Positions 43,775 through 55,815 are shown, counted from the stretch's first letter. The stretch: DNA of 64,000 bases from an uncultured Planctomycetota bacterium (GCA_963737655.1 CAVTTN010000002.1:5184001-5248000), one strand, 5' to 3'. Notes: a model not told the origin generated them from the sequence alone. Made by a program: numbers and translations.

Positions 43775-44400
43775 ATGAGCGCCCCGAACCCCACGCCCGT
43801 TTTGGTCATCCCCACGGCCGATCTCGGAAGGATCGGCGCGTTCCAGGGGTTCCGCCCGGCCGTCGAGGCCGACCTGGCCGTTCTGCTCGGGCCGGGCTCG
43901 GCCGGTTCGTCCCTCGCTATCTGGCCGAGGACGACCCAGGCCTCAAGCAGATCATCCCTTACGTCGTCTTCCGCTCGGAAGATCGGGTCTTCGCCTACAC
44001 CCGGGGGACGTCTCAGGGCGAATCCCGGCTCCATCACCGGATGTCGATCGGCGTGGGCGGCCACGTGGACGAGGAGGACGCCGACGGCCTGGCCACCCTG
44101 GACGCCTACCACGTCGCCCTCCGTCGGGAGCTTGACGAGGAGATCGTCCTGGGCTCGCCGGGACGGATGTCCCTGATCGGCCTGATCAACGACGACTCGA
44201 CCCCGGTGGGCCGGGTCCACCTGGGCGTCGTCCACCTCTATGAGCTCGACCGGCCGGAGGTCCAGCCTCGCGAGGATGGGTTGGCCGACGCCGGATTCCT
44301 GCCGATCCCGGAGGCTCTGGCCCTTCGAGACCGGTTCGAGACCTGGTCGCAGCTCTCCCTGGACGCCCTGGCCGAGACGCCGGGCCAACTCCCTGTGTAG
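43775..44400 (+). CDS. Predicted NUDIX-fold phosphoesterase (frameshift near 43895)
   Basis: AEDDP..KQIIPY, GESRLH...SIGVGGH, RELDEE, GLINDDSTPVGRVHLG, FETWS. Confidence 0.85.
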
Positions 44401-44461
44401 GGCAGGCCTCGGCCTGCCGATCCACATCGGCGCGAAGACGGCAGGCCGAGGCCTGCCCTAC
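44397..44461. repeat. REP doublet, GTAG family B
   Basis: GTAGGGCAGGCCTCGGCCTGCCG plus inverted copy; its TAG is the upstream gene's stop. Confidence 0.9.
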
Positions 44462-44485
44462 CTGGTCGCGACGGCTCGCGGTCCC

Positions 44486-44719
44486 TTACCAGACCAGCGA
44501 TAGGTGGAACCCGACGAAGCTCTGGAGGACGACCAGGCCGATCACGCAGCCGGCCAGGACCAGGAGCAATTCGCCCGCGTTCTCCGCGGCCCGGACCATC
44601 CCGGCCCTCTTGGAGAGGTCCACCACCCCGCTCCGGACCGCCATCGCCGCCCCGAGGACGAAGAGGGCCAGGATCGGCCCAAAGATCGCCAGAGACTTCA
44701 TCACGACCGCGCTTGCCAT
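44486..44719 (-). CDS. Small two-TM membrane protein
   Basis: 77-aa ORF with two hydrophobic helices, preceded by a sigma54 promoter. Confidence 0.7.
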   Translation of the reverse strand: MASAVVMKSLAIFGPILALFVLGAAMAVRSGVVDLSKRAGMVRAAENAGELLLVLAGCVIGLVVLQSFVGFHLSLVW

Positions 44720-44779
44720 GATCCCGAGACTCCCCGCCGGCCCCCTTCGTCCTGATCGAGGCGTGGCGTCTGGTCTACC

Positions 44780-44794
44780 GCAATCCTGGTGCCA
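44780..44794 (-). promoter_or_regulatory. Sigma54 (-24/-12) promoter
   Basis: Minus strand reads TGGCAC-CAGGA-TTGC, matching TGGCAC-N5-TTGC, 60 bp upstream of 44719. Confidence 0.8.
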
Positions 44795-44910
44795 ATCCCT
44801 CCGCCCTGCCCGGGGGCGAGACGGCCCATTCTCTCAGGATAGGCCGCCGAACTTGAGAAAATTCGCCGATCTTCGCGCGGAATTTGCGAAGACCTTGCCG
44901 ATTTTGCCGA

Positions 44911-45696
44911 TCAGGCCATCGCGTCCGGCTCCGGCAGGCCGAACAGGCGACGGGCGTTCTCGGTCGTCGCGGCGGCGAGGGCCTCGAACGGAATGCCCCG
45001 GACCTCCGCCAGCGCCCGGGCCGTCACGGCCACCCTCGCCGGCTCATTGGTCTTCCCCCGGAACGGGTGAGGGCTCAGATATGGGCTGTCGGTTTCCACC
45101 AGGAGGCGATCCAGGGGCACGGATCGGGCGGCGTCCCGCAAGGGGTCGAGCGCCTTGTTCTCGAACGTGACCATCCCGGCGAAGGAAATGTCAAGCCCAA
45201 GCTCCAGAAGGATTTGCGCCTCGTCTCGAGTGCCCGTGAACGAGTGCTGGACCCCTCGGACGGCCCCTCCGAACTCGCGGACGGCCGCGATCACCTCGGC
45301 CTGGCAGTCCCGGCTGTGGATCACGACCGGCAGGCCCGTCTCGATCGAGAGCTCGAGGTGGCGGCGGAACCAGTCCTGCTGGACGGGGAACGGGACGCGG
45401 TCCCAGTAGCGATCCAGGCCGGTCTCCCCCAGGGCGACGACCTTCGGCGACCTCGCCAGGGCGACGACCCGGGCCCAATCCTCGTCGGTCGCGTCGCCCG
45501 AGTCGTTGGGGTGGATGCCGACCGAGGCGAACACGCCCTCGAAGCGATCGGCCAGCGCGACGACCCGGGCGCTGTCCTCGGCCGTGGTGGCGATGGCGAC
45601 GACCTGGACCACGCCGGCCTGCCTCGCCCGGTCCACGACGGCCGCCACGTCCCCCAGCTTCGGCGAATCGAGGTGAGCGTGGGTGTCGATCAGCAT
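44911..45696 (-). CDS. tatD: TatD family hydrolase
   Basis: IDTHAHL, GIHP, GETGLD, IHSR, HSF, ETDSPYL, NEP. Confidence 0.95.
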   Translation of the reverse strand: MLIDTHAHLDSPKLGDVAAVVDRARQAGVVQVVAIATTAEDSARVVALADRFEGVFASVGIHPNDSGDATDEDWARVVALARSPKVVALGETGLDRYWDRVPFPVQQDWFRRHLELSIETGLPVVIHSRDCQAEVIAAVREFGGAVRGVQHSFTGTRDEAQILLELGLDISFAGMVTFENKALDPLRDAARSVPLDRLLVETDSPYLSPHPFRGKTNEPARVAVTARALAEVRGIPFEALAAATTENARRLFGLPEPDAMA

Positions 45697-45697
45697 C

Positions 45698-46150
45698 TCA
45701 CGCCCCGGTCTCGAAGTGGCCGAGGAGTTCCAGCCGGTAGCCGGTCAGGCGGAAGCCCCGCTCCTTCAGCAGTCGGGCGAGCTCGGGGTCGAGCCGGGCC
45801 AGGAGCTCGGGGTCGAACGGGGTGGGGAGGTCCTCGACCCGGCCGGTCCGGACGTCCCGGAGGTGGTAATGCTCCTCGCCCCGGGCGTCGTACCGGGCCG
45901 AGCCGTCGCCGCTGGGGAGCTTGGTCACCAGGCCCGAGGCGACCAGCGCCTCCAGGGCCTTGTAGACCGTGGCCAGGCTGATGGCCGGGACCTCCCGGCG
46001 GACGGCCCGATAGACGTCCTCGGCGGTGGGGTGGTCGCGTTCGGCCCGGACCAGGGACTCATACACGGCGAGCCTCTGCCGGGTGAACCGCCAGCCGGCG
46101 GCCTCCAGGGCGGCCCGGAGGGCGTCGGGATCGAGGGCGGCGGAGGACAT
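45698..46150 (-). CDS. Fur/PerR family transcriptional regulator
   Basis: TRQRLAV, HPTAEDVY, ISLATVYKAL, RYD...HYH. Confidence 0.92.
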   Translation of the reverse strand: MSSAALDPDALRAALEAAGWRFTRQRLAVYESLVRAERDHPTAEDVYRAVRREVPAISLATVYKALEALVASGLVTKLPSGDGSARYDARGEEHYHLRDVRTGRVEDLPTPFDPELLARLDPELARLLKERGFRLTGYRLELLGHFETGA

Positions 46151-46246
46151 CGCGGACGATCACCCCTTCCCCGGACATCGGCCGACGACGGCGGCCGGCG
46201 AGCCATGACATGAAAGGGGGCCGACCCACTCTCGACTCGTCATTCC

Positions 46247-46289
46247 ATTGTTCGGCTCCTTGACAGGGATGTCAACCTCCTGTTACCTT
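46247..46289. promoter_or_regulatory. Overlapping divergent sigma70-type promoters (nusA operon and fur-tatD)
   Basis: TTGACA-GGGA-TGTCAA palindrome; plus strand TTGACA-N18-TACCTT with TGn, minus strand TTGACA-N17-AACAAT. Confidence 0.6.
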
Positions 46290-46650
46290 CGTCGTCGGGG
46301 CCGTTTGCGACCGATCAGAGGGGGTGCGCGGGCCGGAGGGTTCGGGGTCGAATCGACCCGGACGACCGGCCCGAAGGGGCGATCCCGCCGCATCGGTGTC
46401 GGCCGACGGCCCCGGTCCCCTCCCTCCGCGAAGCCGCGACCGGGGTGCCCGGGCCCCTCTTGCGGGGCCTTCGGCCCTCGTCTCGGTCGGAGGAGGGATC
46501 GTCCCGAGGAGGCGTCGCGCCGGCCGTCCCATCGGTCCGGGTGGCCGCGGCGATGAGGATCGGACCTCGCCCCTCGGGGCGGGGCCTCGGCCCTCTCGAT
46601 CCGTTCCGGCCCCGACGGGCTTCCGCCGTCGGATCGCCTCGGAGGCTCCC

Positions 46651-48312
46651 ATGAGCGTCGATCTCGTCCGAATCGTCGATAGCATCCACCGAGACAAGAA
46701 CATCCCCAAGGAAATCTTGTTCGAGGGGATCGAGTCGGCGCTCGCCACCGCGGCCAAGAAGCACTATCCCGACGCCGAGGTGGCCGTCCAGATCGACCCG
46801 GAGTCCGGCAAGATCCGCACCACGGCCGACGGCGCGCCCGTCGACCCCCCCGAGTTCGGCCGGATCGCCGCCCAGACCGCCAAGCAGGTCATCATCCAGA
46901 AGATCCGCGAGGCCGAACGCGATAGTCTCTTCGACGAGTTCGAAGACCAACGCGGAGACCTCGTCACCGGCACCGTCCAGAGGTTCGAGGGCGGCGCCGT
47001 CACCGTCAACCTGGGCAAGACCGACGCCTTGCTCCCCCGCTCCGAGCAGATCCCCGGCGAGAGCCACCACCCCGGCGAGCGCGTCCGGGCCATCATCCTG
47101 GATGTCCGCAAGGTCGGACAGCGGGTCAAGATCATCCTGAGCCGGACCCACCCCGACTTCGTCCGCCGCCTCTTCGAGCTGGAGATCCCCGAGATCGCCG
47201 ACCAGATCATCAGCATCCGGGCGCTCGCGAGAGAGGCCGGCTACCGCTCCAAGGTGGCCGTCACGTCGCTGGATTCCAAGGTCGATGCCGTGGGGGCCTG
47301 CGTGGGCGTCCGGGGGACGCGGATCAAGAACATCGTCGACGAGCTGGGCGGCGAGCGGATCGACATCGTCCGCTGGAACGAATCGCTGCAAGTCCTGATC
47401 CCCAACGCCCTCCAGCCGGCCGAGATCGACGAGGTGATGCTCTGCCAGCTCCTGGGCCGGGCGATCGTGCTGGTGAGGGAAGACCAGCTCAGCCTGGCCA
47501 TCGGCCGGCGGGGGCAGAACGTCCGGCTGGCGTCGAAGCTGGTGGGCTGGGACATCGAGATCATGACCTCCGAGGAGCTCGACGAGCTGATCGAGAAGGC
47601 CGTCGGGATGTTCACCAAGATCGAAGGGGTGGAGACCGAGCTGGCCGAACGGCTCGTCGAGCAGGGCATCCTCAGCTACGATGACCTGTCGGTCATGGAA
47701 ATCGACGACCTGGTGAACACAATTGAGGGTCTGGACGAAGAAAGGGCCGTCGAGGTCGTCGGCCGGGCGGAGACCCTGGCCGAGGAGCAGACCGAGGAGA
47801 TGCCCCGGAGGAAGGGGGCCCGTCCCCCCCAGCCCTCCCCCGCCGAGGCCCCCGCGCCCCCGGCCGAAGGCGACGGGCCCGAACCGGCCGCCGCCGGCCG
47901 GCCGACCCTCGACGACCTCTTCGGCGACGGCGGCCCGACCGAAACCGACAACGACAGCGACCTTGATAGTGACAGCGACCCCCGAGACCCGGCGACCGAG
48001 CCCGACGAGACCGGGCTGGACCTGCCGCCCGAGGACGACGAGCTTCGCGACCTCGCCCTGGCCAGCGAACTGTTTCCCGGCGACGGCCGGGAAGTCACGG
48101 CGCCGCCCAGCGACGCCGACCAATCGGAGACCGAACGGATCGTGACCGAAGCGGTGGAGGCGGGGCCGACCCCGCAAGAGATCGAAGCCCACGAGGCCGG
48201 GGACGGGCCCAACCGCCCCCCCCTGCCGACTTTCGACCCCTCCTCGACCGGCTCGGGGGGGGTTACCCACGCGGACCCCGACAGACGAGACCCGGACATG
48301 AACCAGCCATGA
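46651..48312 (+). CDS. nusA: Transcription termination/antitermination factor NusA
   Basis: [22 protein letters not shown]1 and KH domains, [24 protein letters not shown]; long acidic tail. Confidence 0.97.
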   Translation: MSVDLVRIVDSIHRDKNIPKEILFEGIESALATAAKKHYPDAEVAVQIDPESGKIRTTADGAPVDPPEFGRIAAQTAKQVIIQKIREAERDSLFDEFEDQRGDLVTGTVQRFEGGAVTVNLGKTDALLPRSEQIPGESHHPGERVRAIILDVRKVGQRVKIILSRTHPDFVRRLFELEIPEIADQIISIRALAREAGYRSKVAVTSLDSKVDAVGACVGVRGTRIKNIVDELGGERIDIVRWNESLQVLIPNALQPAEIDEVMLCQLLGRAIVLVREDQLSLAIGRRGQNVRLASKLVGWDIEIMTSEELDELIEKAVGMFTKIEGVETELAERLVEQGILSYDDLSVMEIDDLVNTIEGLDEERAVEVVGRAETLAEEQTEEMPRRKGARPPQPSPAEAPAPPAEGDGPEPAAAGRPTLDDLFGDGGPTETDNDSDLDSDSDPRDPATEPDETGLDLPPEDDELRDLALASELFPGDGREVTAPPSDADQSETERIVTEAVEAGPTPQEIEAHEAGDGPNRPPLPTFDPSSTGSGGVTHADPDRRDPDMNQP

Positions 48313-48523
48313 GGCCCCCGACGGCCCCCTTCCGGGCCGGTCGCGCGTCCCGCCTCCCCTCCTCCTGACTCGGTCGGACTCGCCGCGAGGCGGTCTGGCG
48401 GGCCCGGGGTGGGGATTCTGGGCTTGGCACGACCGCTCGGCGGAGTTCACAATACCGAACCGGCCCGCCCGGCCCGAGGGCCCGTCCCTCGGCCGGGTGT
48501 CGTCGCCACAGGAGGAGTCGCCT

Positions 48524-51500
48524 TTGTCCACGCGTGTCCATGAGTTGGCCAAGGAATTGGGGCTGAAGAGCCCGGAGCTGCTGGACCGAATCCAGAAGGC
48601 GGGCCTGGACGTCAAGGCCAGTGCCCTGGCGGTCGTCGAGCCGGCCATGGTCGATCGGATCCGGAAGATGATCCAGGGGTCCGCCCCGACGGCCCCGGCG
48701 ACGCCTCGCCCCGGCCCATCCACCCCCGCGGAGAAGCCCGCCATCGCCCCTTCCTCGACCCTCGCCCCGGAGCGCAAGGCCCCGCCGGCGACCCCCTCCG
48801 CGACGGCCGGCCCGGCCGTCGCGGCCCCCTCGGCGCCGAAGCCGTCGCCCGCCCCTCCGGCCGATCGGCCCTCGCCCGAGCCGCCCCCGGCGGCCCCCGC
48901 CCGCCCGGTCCAGGCCCACGGCCCCGCCCCCGTCGCCCCGACGCCGGCCCCGCCGACCTCGACCTCGACCTCGGCCCCCGCACCGGCCCCGGCCCCGATC
49001 GCCGCCCGACCGGGCCCCGGCCTGACCGCCCCGCCGACGGCCGCCTCGGCCGGGCCGATGACCGGCCCCCCGGCCGCCGGCCCCCGCCCCGCGGCCACCG
49101 GCCCCCAGCCCCGGGTCGGCGGCTCGGGCCTCACGGCGCCCCCCCGGAGCGGGAGCGGCCCCCTGTCCGGCCACACCCGCGCCGGAGGACCCGGCACCGG
49201 CCCCCTGACGCGCCCCGGATCGCCCGGAGGAGGCCCGTCCGGCCCGCCGTCGCCGTCCTCCTCGGGCTCGGAGCCCCGGCCCAACCCCTCGGGCCCTCCT
49301 CCGTTGCGGAGGAGCGACTACATCTCGCCGACCGGCACCCGCGCCGATGGGATCGCGGCCGGGCTCGGCCCCGCCCTCGGGGTCCACGCCGCCGGTCCGC
49401 CGGTCCAACGACGGCGGAGGGGACGGCGGCCCCCGCCGCGACTCGATGCCGCCCCGGCCCTCCGGCGGCAACCGCCCGTTGCCCCCGGTCTCGTCGCAGA
49501 CCGGCTCGTCGCCTCCGCCCCGACGGCCCGACGGCCCCAGGCCGCAGGCCCCCGAGGCCAAGGGCCCCCGGCCGGAGATGAAGTTCACGCCCGACCAGTG
49601 GCGGCAGATGGCCCAGTCCGGCCAGTTGCCGACCTCCGGCCCGGCGACGGGCCCGGGTCGACCCGGCGCCCCGGGCCGACCGGGGATGGGCCCGCGGACC
49701 GGCCCCTCCGGCTTCGGCGCCGGCCCGGCCGGTCCCGGAGGGATGGCCGCCCGAGGCCCCGCCGGCCCCGGCCTGCGTCGCCCGCCGGCCCCCGGCTCGG
49801 GCCCCGGCGGACCCGGCCCGGGTGGCGGGCCCGGCCCCGGCGGGATGATGCCCCCTCCCCCGGTCATCGATGAGGAGGAGGAGAAGAAGGGCAAGGCCGG
49901 AGGCCGGCTCGGCTCGGCCGCCGACCGCGCCGGCCGTCGCGCCAAGAGGGACGCCCGGACCGTCGAGCGGCGGGGGATCTCCTCGCCCGTGCCCGTCTCG
50001 GCCCTGACCTCCGAGGAGGACTCCGACGGCCGATCCCGATCCCGAGGGGCCCGGCGAGGCCACGGCCACAAGGGGCATCATCGCTCGGTGATGGCCCCGG
50101 TCCGCAAGACCCACGCCGAGGTCGAGCCCCCGGTCACCATCCGGGCCCTGTCCGAGGCCATCGGCATCCCCGCCAACCAGATCATCAAGAAGCTGTTCAA
50201 CCTCGGCCAGCTCGTCACCATCAACTCCGTCCTGGAGGACGAGATGGCGATGGAGATGGCCCTGGAGTTCGGCGTCGAGCTCGAGGTCGTCCACGAACGG
50301 ACGGCCGAGGACGAGATGCTCGACATGTTCGACGCCGAGCAGGACCAGGCCGACCTGGTCCTCCGGCCGCCGATCATCACGATCCTCGGCCACGTCGATC
50401 ACGGCAAGACGTCGCTCCTGGACAAGATCCGGCGGGCGAACGTCGTGGCGACGGAGTCCGGCGGGATCACCCAGCACATCGGCGCCTACCAGATCGAGCA
50501 CGAAGGCAAGAAGATCTCCTTCGTCGACACCCCCGGCCACGAGGCGTTCACCGCCATGAGGGCCCGGGGGGCGAACGTCACGGACATCGTCGTCCTGGTC
50601 GTCGCGGCCGACGACGGCGTGATGCCGCAGACCAAGGAGGCGATCGCCCACGCCAAGGCGGCCGAGGTGCCGGTGGTCGTGGCGCTGAACAAGATCGACC
50701 TGCCCGGGGCCGACACCCCGTCCAACATCAACAAGATCTACGGCGAACTGTCCCAGGAAGGGCTGATCCCCGAGGAATACGGCGGCGACACCCCGGTGGT
50801 GAAGACCTCCACCTTCACCGGCCAGGGCCTCTCCGACCTGCTCGCCACCCTCGACGCCATCGCCGAGCTCCACGAGCTCAAGGCCAACCCGGCCCGAGAC
50901 GCCACGGGCACCTGCCTGGAGTCGTCGAAGTCCGAGGGCCGGGGCGTCCTGGCGACGGTGTTGGTCCAGGACGGCACCCTGAGGGTCGGCGACGTGATGG
51001 TCTGCGGAGACGGCTTCGGCCGGGTCCGGGCCCTCTACGACGACAAGGGCCGGGCCGTCCTGGAAGCCGGCCCCAGCACCCCGGTGGAGATCTCCGGGCT
51101 CGACGAGGTCCCCACCGCCGGCGAGAAGTTCGCCGTGATCAACGACATCAGCCAGGCCCGGGAGATCGCCGAGACCCGCCGCGGCCGGTCCCGGGGCGCC
51201 AACCTCGCCGAGAGGCCCTCGATCACGCTCGAAAACCTCTTCACCAAGATGACCGAGCAGAAGGTCAAGAGCCTCAACCTGATCCTCAAGGCGGACGTCC
51301 AGGGGTCCCTGGAAGCCCTGACCAAGGAGCTGGAGAAGCTGGAGAACCCGGAGGTGCCGATCCGCGTCCTCCTGAAGGGCGTCGGCGGGATCGGCGAGAG
51401 CGACGTCTTGCTGGCCGACGCCAGCGAGGCGATCATCGTCGGCTTCCGCGTGGCCCCCGACGACAAGGCCATGAGCTTGGCCGACGAGAAGAAGATCGAC

Positions 51501-51884
51501 ATCCGCCGGTACGACATCATCTACCAGGTCACCGACGAGGTGAAGAAGGCCGTCGAGGGCATGCTGATCCCCGAGGTCAAGGAGGTCCACCTCGGCCGGG
51601 CGGTCGTCCGCCAGGTCTTCAAGATCTCCCGGGTCGGGACCGTCGCCGGCTGCTTCGTCACCCAGGGGACGATCGAGCGATCGGCCAAGGCGCGGATCAT
51701 CCGCGAGGGCCGAGAGATCTACAAGGGCCAGATCGACGCCCTCAAGCGGTTCAAGGAGGACGTCAAGGAGGTCGCCCAGGACTACGAGTGCGGCATCAAG
51801 GTCTCGAACTTCGACGACGTCAAGAACGACGACGTGATCGAGGCCTACCGCGTGGACGTGATCCGAAGGACGTTGCCTACCTAA
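48524..51884 (+). CDS. infB: Translation initiation factor IF-2 (frameshift near 49345)
   Basis: AGGAG RBS and TTG start, [11 protein letters not shown]-domain; [24 protein letters not shown]; Pro/Gly-rich linker. Confidence 0.97.
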
Positions 51885-51892
51885 GCAAGTGA

Positions 51893-52075
51893 AGTGGGCA
51901 GTGGGCAGTGGGCGGTGGGCAGTGGGCAGTGGGTCGGATCGCCTTCGGCGGCATGGTTTTGAGAGGTCGAGTCTCCCAAATCCCCTTCTGCCCACTGCCC
52001 ACTGCCCACTGCCCACTGCCCACTGCCCACTGCCCACTGCCCACTGCCCACTGCCCACTGCCCACTGCCCACTGC
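51893..52075. repeat. Inverted heptamer tandem arrays (GTGGGCA)n ... (TGCCCAC)n
   Basis: About 5-6 units at 51894-51933 and about 12 reverse-complement units at 51988-52075. Confidence 0.95.
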
Positions 52076-52104
52076 TTGGTCCACTGCTCTCGGCCAGGAT
52101 TCCC

Positions 52105-52386
52105 ATGCCCGTCGTCTCGCTCGTCCTGGAGCTTCGACTGAGGGGCTGCTCGACGCCCCGGCAGAGGCGGGCGCTGGTCCAGGCGATCCTGGGGAAACTC
52201 CGCCGCCATTTCAACGTCGCCGGGGCCGACGTGGGCCCGGAAGACCGTCCGGGCGAGGCCGTCGTCGGGTTCGCCTCGGTCGGCCGGACCCGCCGGGAGG
52301 CGCGAGACCTCCTGGATCGCGTGGCCGAGGCGGTCGCCGCCCATCCCTCCGCCGAGGTCGCCCGCGCCGCCTTCGACGAACTGTGA
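52105..52386 (+). CDS. DUF503 (YlxP-like) protein
   Basis: LELRL.GC......[15 protein letters not shown] motif; conserved position between infB and rbfA. Confidence 0.85.
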   Translation: MPVVSLVLELRLRGCSTPRQRRALVQAILGKLRRHFNVAGADVGPEDRPGEAVVGFASVGRTRREARDLLDRVAEAVAAHPSAEVARAAFDEL

Positions 52387-52424
52387 ACCGCACCGCACCG
52401 CACCGCACCGCACCGCACCGCACC
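52387..52424 (+). repeat. Pentamer microsatellite (ACCGC)n, about 7 units
   Basis: Visible directly between DUF503 and rbfA. Confidence 0.9.
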
Positions 52425-52453
52425 ACGATTCGAACCCCGGGGGACCTCCCCTC

Positions 52454-52917
52454 ATGCCGTCGCACCGAGCCCCCGCATTGCCGAGGCGATCCGCGAGGTC
52501 GTCTCCTCGGCGATCCTCTTCGATGTCAGCGACCCGAGGGTCAAGGGCGTGACGGTCCTGTCCGTCGAGGTCTCCTCGGACCTCCGCTCGGCCACGGCGT
52601 TCGTCTCCTTGATGGGCACGGAGGCCGAGCAGAAGCTCGCCATGAAGGGCCTCCAGCATGCCTGCGGGTTCCTCCAGGCCAAGGTCGCCGCCCGTCTCCA
52701 GACCCGGACCACCCCGGTCCTGAGGTTCCAGCGCGACGAAGGGGTCAAGAAGTCGATCGAGATCTCCAAGCTGATCGACGAGGCGATGGCCTCCGACCGC
52801 GAGGCCCGCAAGGCCCGGGAGGCCGCCTCCTCGGCCGGCTCGCCGACCCCGGACGAAGGCCCCGAAGCCGACCCCGAAGCCGAACCCGCCCCCGACGCCT
52901 CGCCTCCCCCGGGATAG
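52454..52917 (+). CDS. rbfA: 30S ribosome-binding factor RbfA (one C missing in the run near 52470)
   Basis: [11 protein letters not shown]...DPRV..VTV..VEVS.DL..A, L.TR.TP.L.F..D. Confidence 0.93.
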
Positions 52918-52980
52918 CCCCTTCCTTCGCGACCGACAGCCCCGCTCCCGCCCCAGCCCCCTCTTCGAGAGCCCGCCATC

Positions 52981-53828
52981 ATGGCCGCACCGAGCAAGGC
53001 GCAGATGCTGAACGAGGTCCACGCCCTCTTGAAGAAGAGGTACAAGCTCGGGCCGCGGACCGATCGTTCCTCGGTCCTGGAGGCCGTGATCTTCGCCATC
53101 TGCCACGAGGGGACAACCCGCGAGCAGGCCAACCAGGCGATCAACCGATTCAAGGATGACTTCTTCGACTGGAACGAGGTCCGCGTCTCCTCGATCGAGG
53201 AGATCCAGGGCGTCCTGGCCGGCCTGCCCGACCCCGAGCCCCGGCCCAGAGGCTCCGCCGCTTCCTCCGCCAGCTCTTCGAGAAGACCTACGGCTTCACG
53301 CTCGACGCCCTCGCCAAGAAGCCGCTGAAGGAGTCGGTCAAGGCCCTCCAGGAGTACGAGGCGTTCGCCTCCGACTACGTGCTGGCCTCGGTCACCCAGC
53401 AATCGCTCGGGGGCCACGCCATCCCCGTCGATGCCCCGATCCGCCGGGGGCTGGACCGGCTGGGGCTCATCGACGACTCGATGGACGATCACGCCGTCCG
53501 CTCGTTGCTGGAACGGGCCGTCCCCAAGAACCGGGGGGCCGAGTTCATCGACCTCATGGAGGAGCTCACCCACGATACCTGCGTCGAGGGCGAGCCCGAC
53601 TGCCCCCGATGCGAGCTCAGGAAGATCTGCCCGACTGGCCAGGAGAAGATCGCGGCGGCCAAGACGGCCGAGAAGGCCGCCGCCAAGGCCGCCCGGGGCA
53701 AGCCCGCCCCGGAACCGCCCCCCGCGCCCGCCCCGGCCAAGGCCACGGCCCCCACGAAGGCCGTCGCCGCCCCCCCGCCCTCGCCCTCGCCCAAGGGCGT
53801 GAAGGGGCGATCGCCCAAGGCGAAGTGA
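52981..53828 (+). CDS. Endonuclease III-like (HhH-GPD) protein (frameshift near 53245)
   Basis: [19 protein letters not shown]...RLG, C-x6-C-x2-C-x5-C iron-sulfur motif ([17 protein letters not shown]). Confidence 0.8.
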
Positions 53829-53840
53829 ACTCGCCAGGGC

Positions 53841-54128
53841 TCAGGCGGGGTCCTCGGCGGCCAGGGTCCCGGCCTGGCGGAGGGCCCGTCGCCATTCCTG
53901 CTCGCCGATCGGGTCGTCCGGGAAGTCGAACCGGGCCTTCTCGATGACCTCATACGTCGGCGGCTCGGGGCAGCCCCACCAGCCTCCCCCGCGAAGCCTC
54001 TGGGCCGCCGCCTCGGCCGATTCTCGGCTCGCGTGGAACTGCCTCTCCTGACCCCAGGCCCCGTCGTAGCTCCGGCCGTCCATGCAGTCACCGCCGAGGA
54101 ACGCCGCGACCTCGTAGATCGTCTCCAT
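53841..54128 (-). CDS. Small hypothetical protein
   Basis: GGAGG RBS before METIYEV; 95-aa ORF downstream of trpE. Confidence 0.55.
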   Translation of the reverse strand: METIYEVAAFLGGDCMDGRSYDGAWGQERQFHASRESAEAAAQRLRGGGWWGCPEPPTYEVIEKARFDFPDDPIGEQEWRRALRQAGTLAAEDPA

Positions 54129-54163
54129 CGCCGCCTCCGGGGGAAGAAACCGGCGGGGCCGAG

Positions 54164-55679
54164 TCAGGTCCCTCGATCCCCGAGTTGCCCCTCGGCGATC
54201 TCGATCGCCTGGAGGAGGCCCTCGCGCCTTGTTCACCGTCTCCTCGTACTCGTCGGCGGGCACCGAGTCGTACACGACCCCGCAACCCGCCTGCACGTAG
54301 GCCGTCCGCCCCTTCAGGACCAGCGTCCGCAGGGCGATGCACGTATCCATGTTGCCGGTGAAGTCGAGGTAGCCGACGGCCCCGGCATACGGCCCCCGGC
54401 GGGTCGGCTCGACCTCGTCGATGATCTCCATCGCCCGGACCTTCGGCGCCCCGGAGACCGTCCCCGCCGGCAGCCCGGCCCGCAAGGCATCGAAGGCCGT
54501 CTTCCCGGGGGCGAGCGTGCCCGTCACGTTCGAGCTGATGTGCATCACGTGAGAATACCGCTCGACGGTCATGAGGTCCGTGAGCCTCACCGAACCCGGC
54601 TCGGCGACCATCCCCACGTCATTGCGGCCGAGGTCCACGAGCATGATATGCTCGGCCCTCTCCTTCGGGTCGGCCAGGAGCTCGGCGGCCAGGGCCCGAT
54701 CCTCGGCCTCGTCCTTCCCCCTCCGACGGGTCCCCGCCAAAGGGCGGATCGTGACCGCGCCGTCCTCCACCCGGACGAGGATCTCGGGAGAGCTGCCGAT
54801 CAGCCGCAAGTCGTCGTCGAACGTCAGGTAGAACAGGAACGGGCTGGGGTTCACCACGCGGAGGGCGCGATAGATATCGAACGGATCGGCCGAGGTCTCC
54901 ACCCGGAATCTCTGGCTCGGGACGACCTGAAAAATGTCGCCGGCCTTGATGTATTCCTGGCAGTGGCGGACGATCGCCTCGAACCGCTCCCGGGTCAGGT
55001 TCGACTCGGGCCGGAGGGTCATCGGCGCGGTCGTATCAATATCCACCGGGGGCAAATCGGGTCCGGGACCGGAGAGGCGTCCCACGAGCTCGTCCAGGTC
55101 GCGGACCGCTCGCGGATAGGCGGCCTCGGCCCCTTCGGAAGCCCGGGCCAGGACCACGGCGAGGACCGTTTTCCGGATATGATCGAAGATGACCATCCGA
55201 TCATAGAAGTTAAACACCAGGTCGGGCAAATCGCGGTCGTCGGCCGGGGCATTGGGGAGGTTTTCGGTATAGCGGACGGCATCATAGGCCGCATAGCCCA
55301 CCGCGCCCCCGCAGAACCTCGGCAGGGCGGGCAGGTGGATCGACTTGTGCTGATCGAGCAGTTTCTGCAGCTCGGCGAACGGGTCCTCGGCCTCGAAAGA
55401 CCGCAAATCGCCGGTTTCCGGCATCGGCCCGACGGTCACACGCCGCCCCCGGGCCTCGAACCGGAGGAACGGGCCCGAGCCCAGGAGGCTGAACCGGCCG
55501 ACCTTCTCGCCGCCGATCACGCTCTCGAACAAAAACGAAGGCCCCCCGCCGGCCGAGAGCCTGTGGTAAGCCGAAACCGGAGTCAACCCGTCGGCCACCA
55601 GCTCGCGATACACCGGCACCAGCGGGGCCTGCCCCGCCAGGCGGAGGAATTCGGTCAAGTCGGGGCGATGACGGGGCAT
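54164..55679 (-). CDS. trpE: Anthranilate synthase component I (extra base near 54220)
   Basis: [65 protein letters not shown]. Confidence 0.95.
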
Positions 55680-55815
55680 GGTCGGGGCACTCGCGGCCGA
55701 GAACGGTCGATCGGGGCCGGTCCCGGCGACCCGATCGGCCAGTGATGGTAGCATCCCCGAGAACTCGTCAGCAACGGCGGCCCCTGGCGAGTCGCCGTCT
55801 CGTCCCTCCGGGAAA

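Noticed and set aside
51893..52075. CRISPR array
   Set aside because: Pure heptamer tandem units with no unique spacers, and no cas genes in the window.
52425..52445. tRNA T-arm-like GATTCGAACC
   Set aside because: No cloverleaf can be built; it is flanked by a microsatellite and the rbfA start.
48524..52917. Programmed frameshifting or pseudogenisation of infB and rbfA
   Set aside because: Indels are scattered over many unrelated genes, with no slippery-site plus stimulator pattern; assembly error is simpler.
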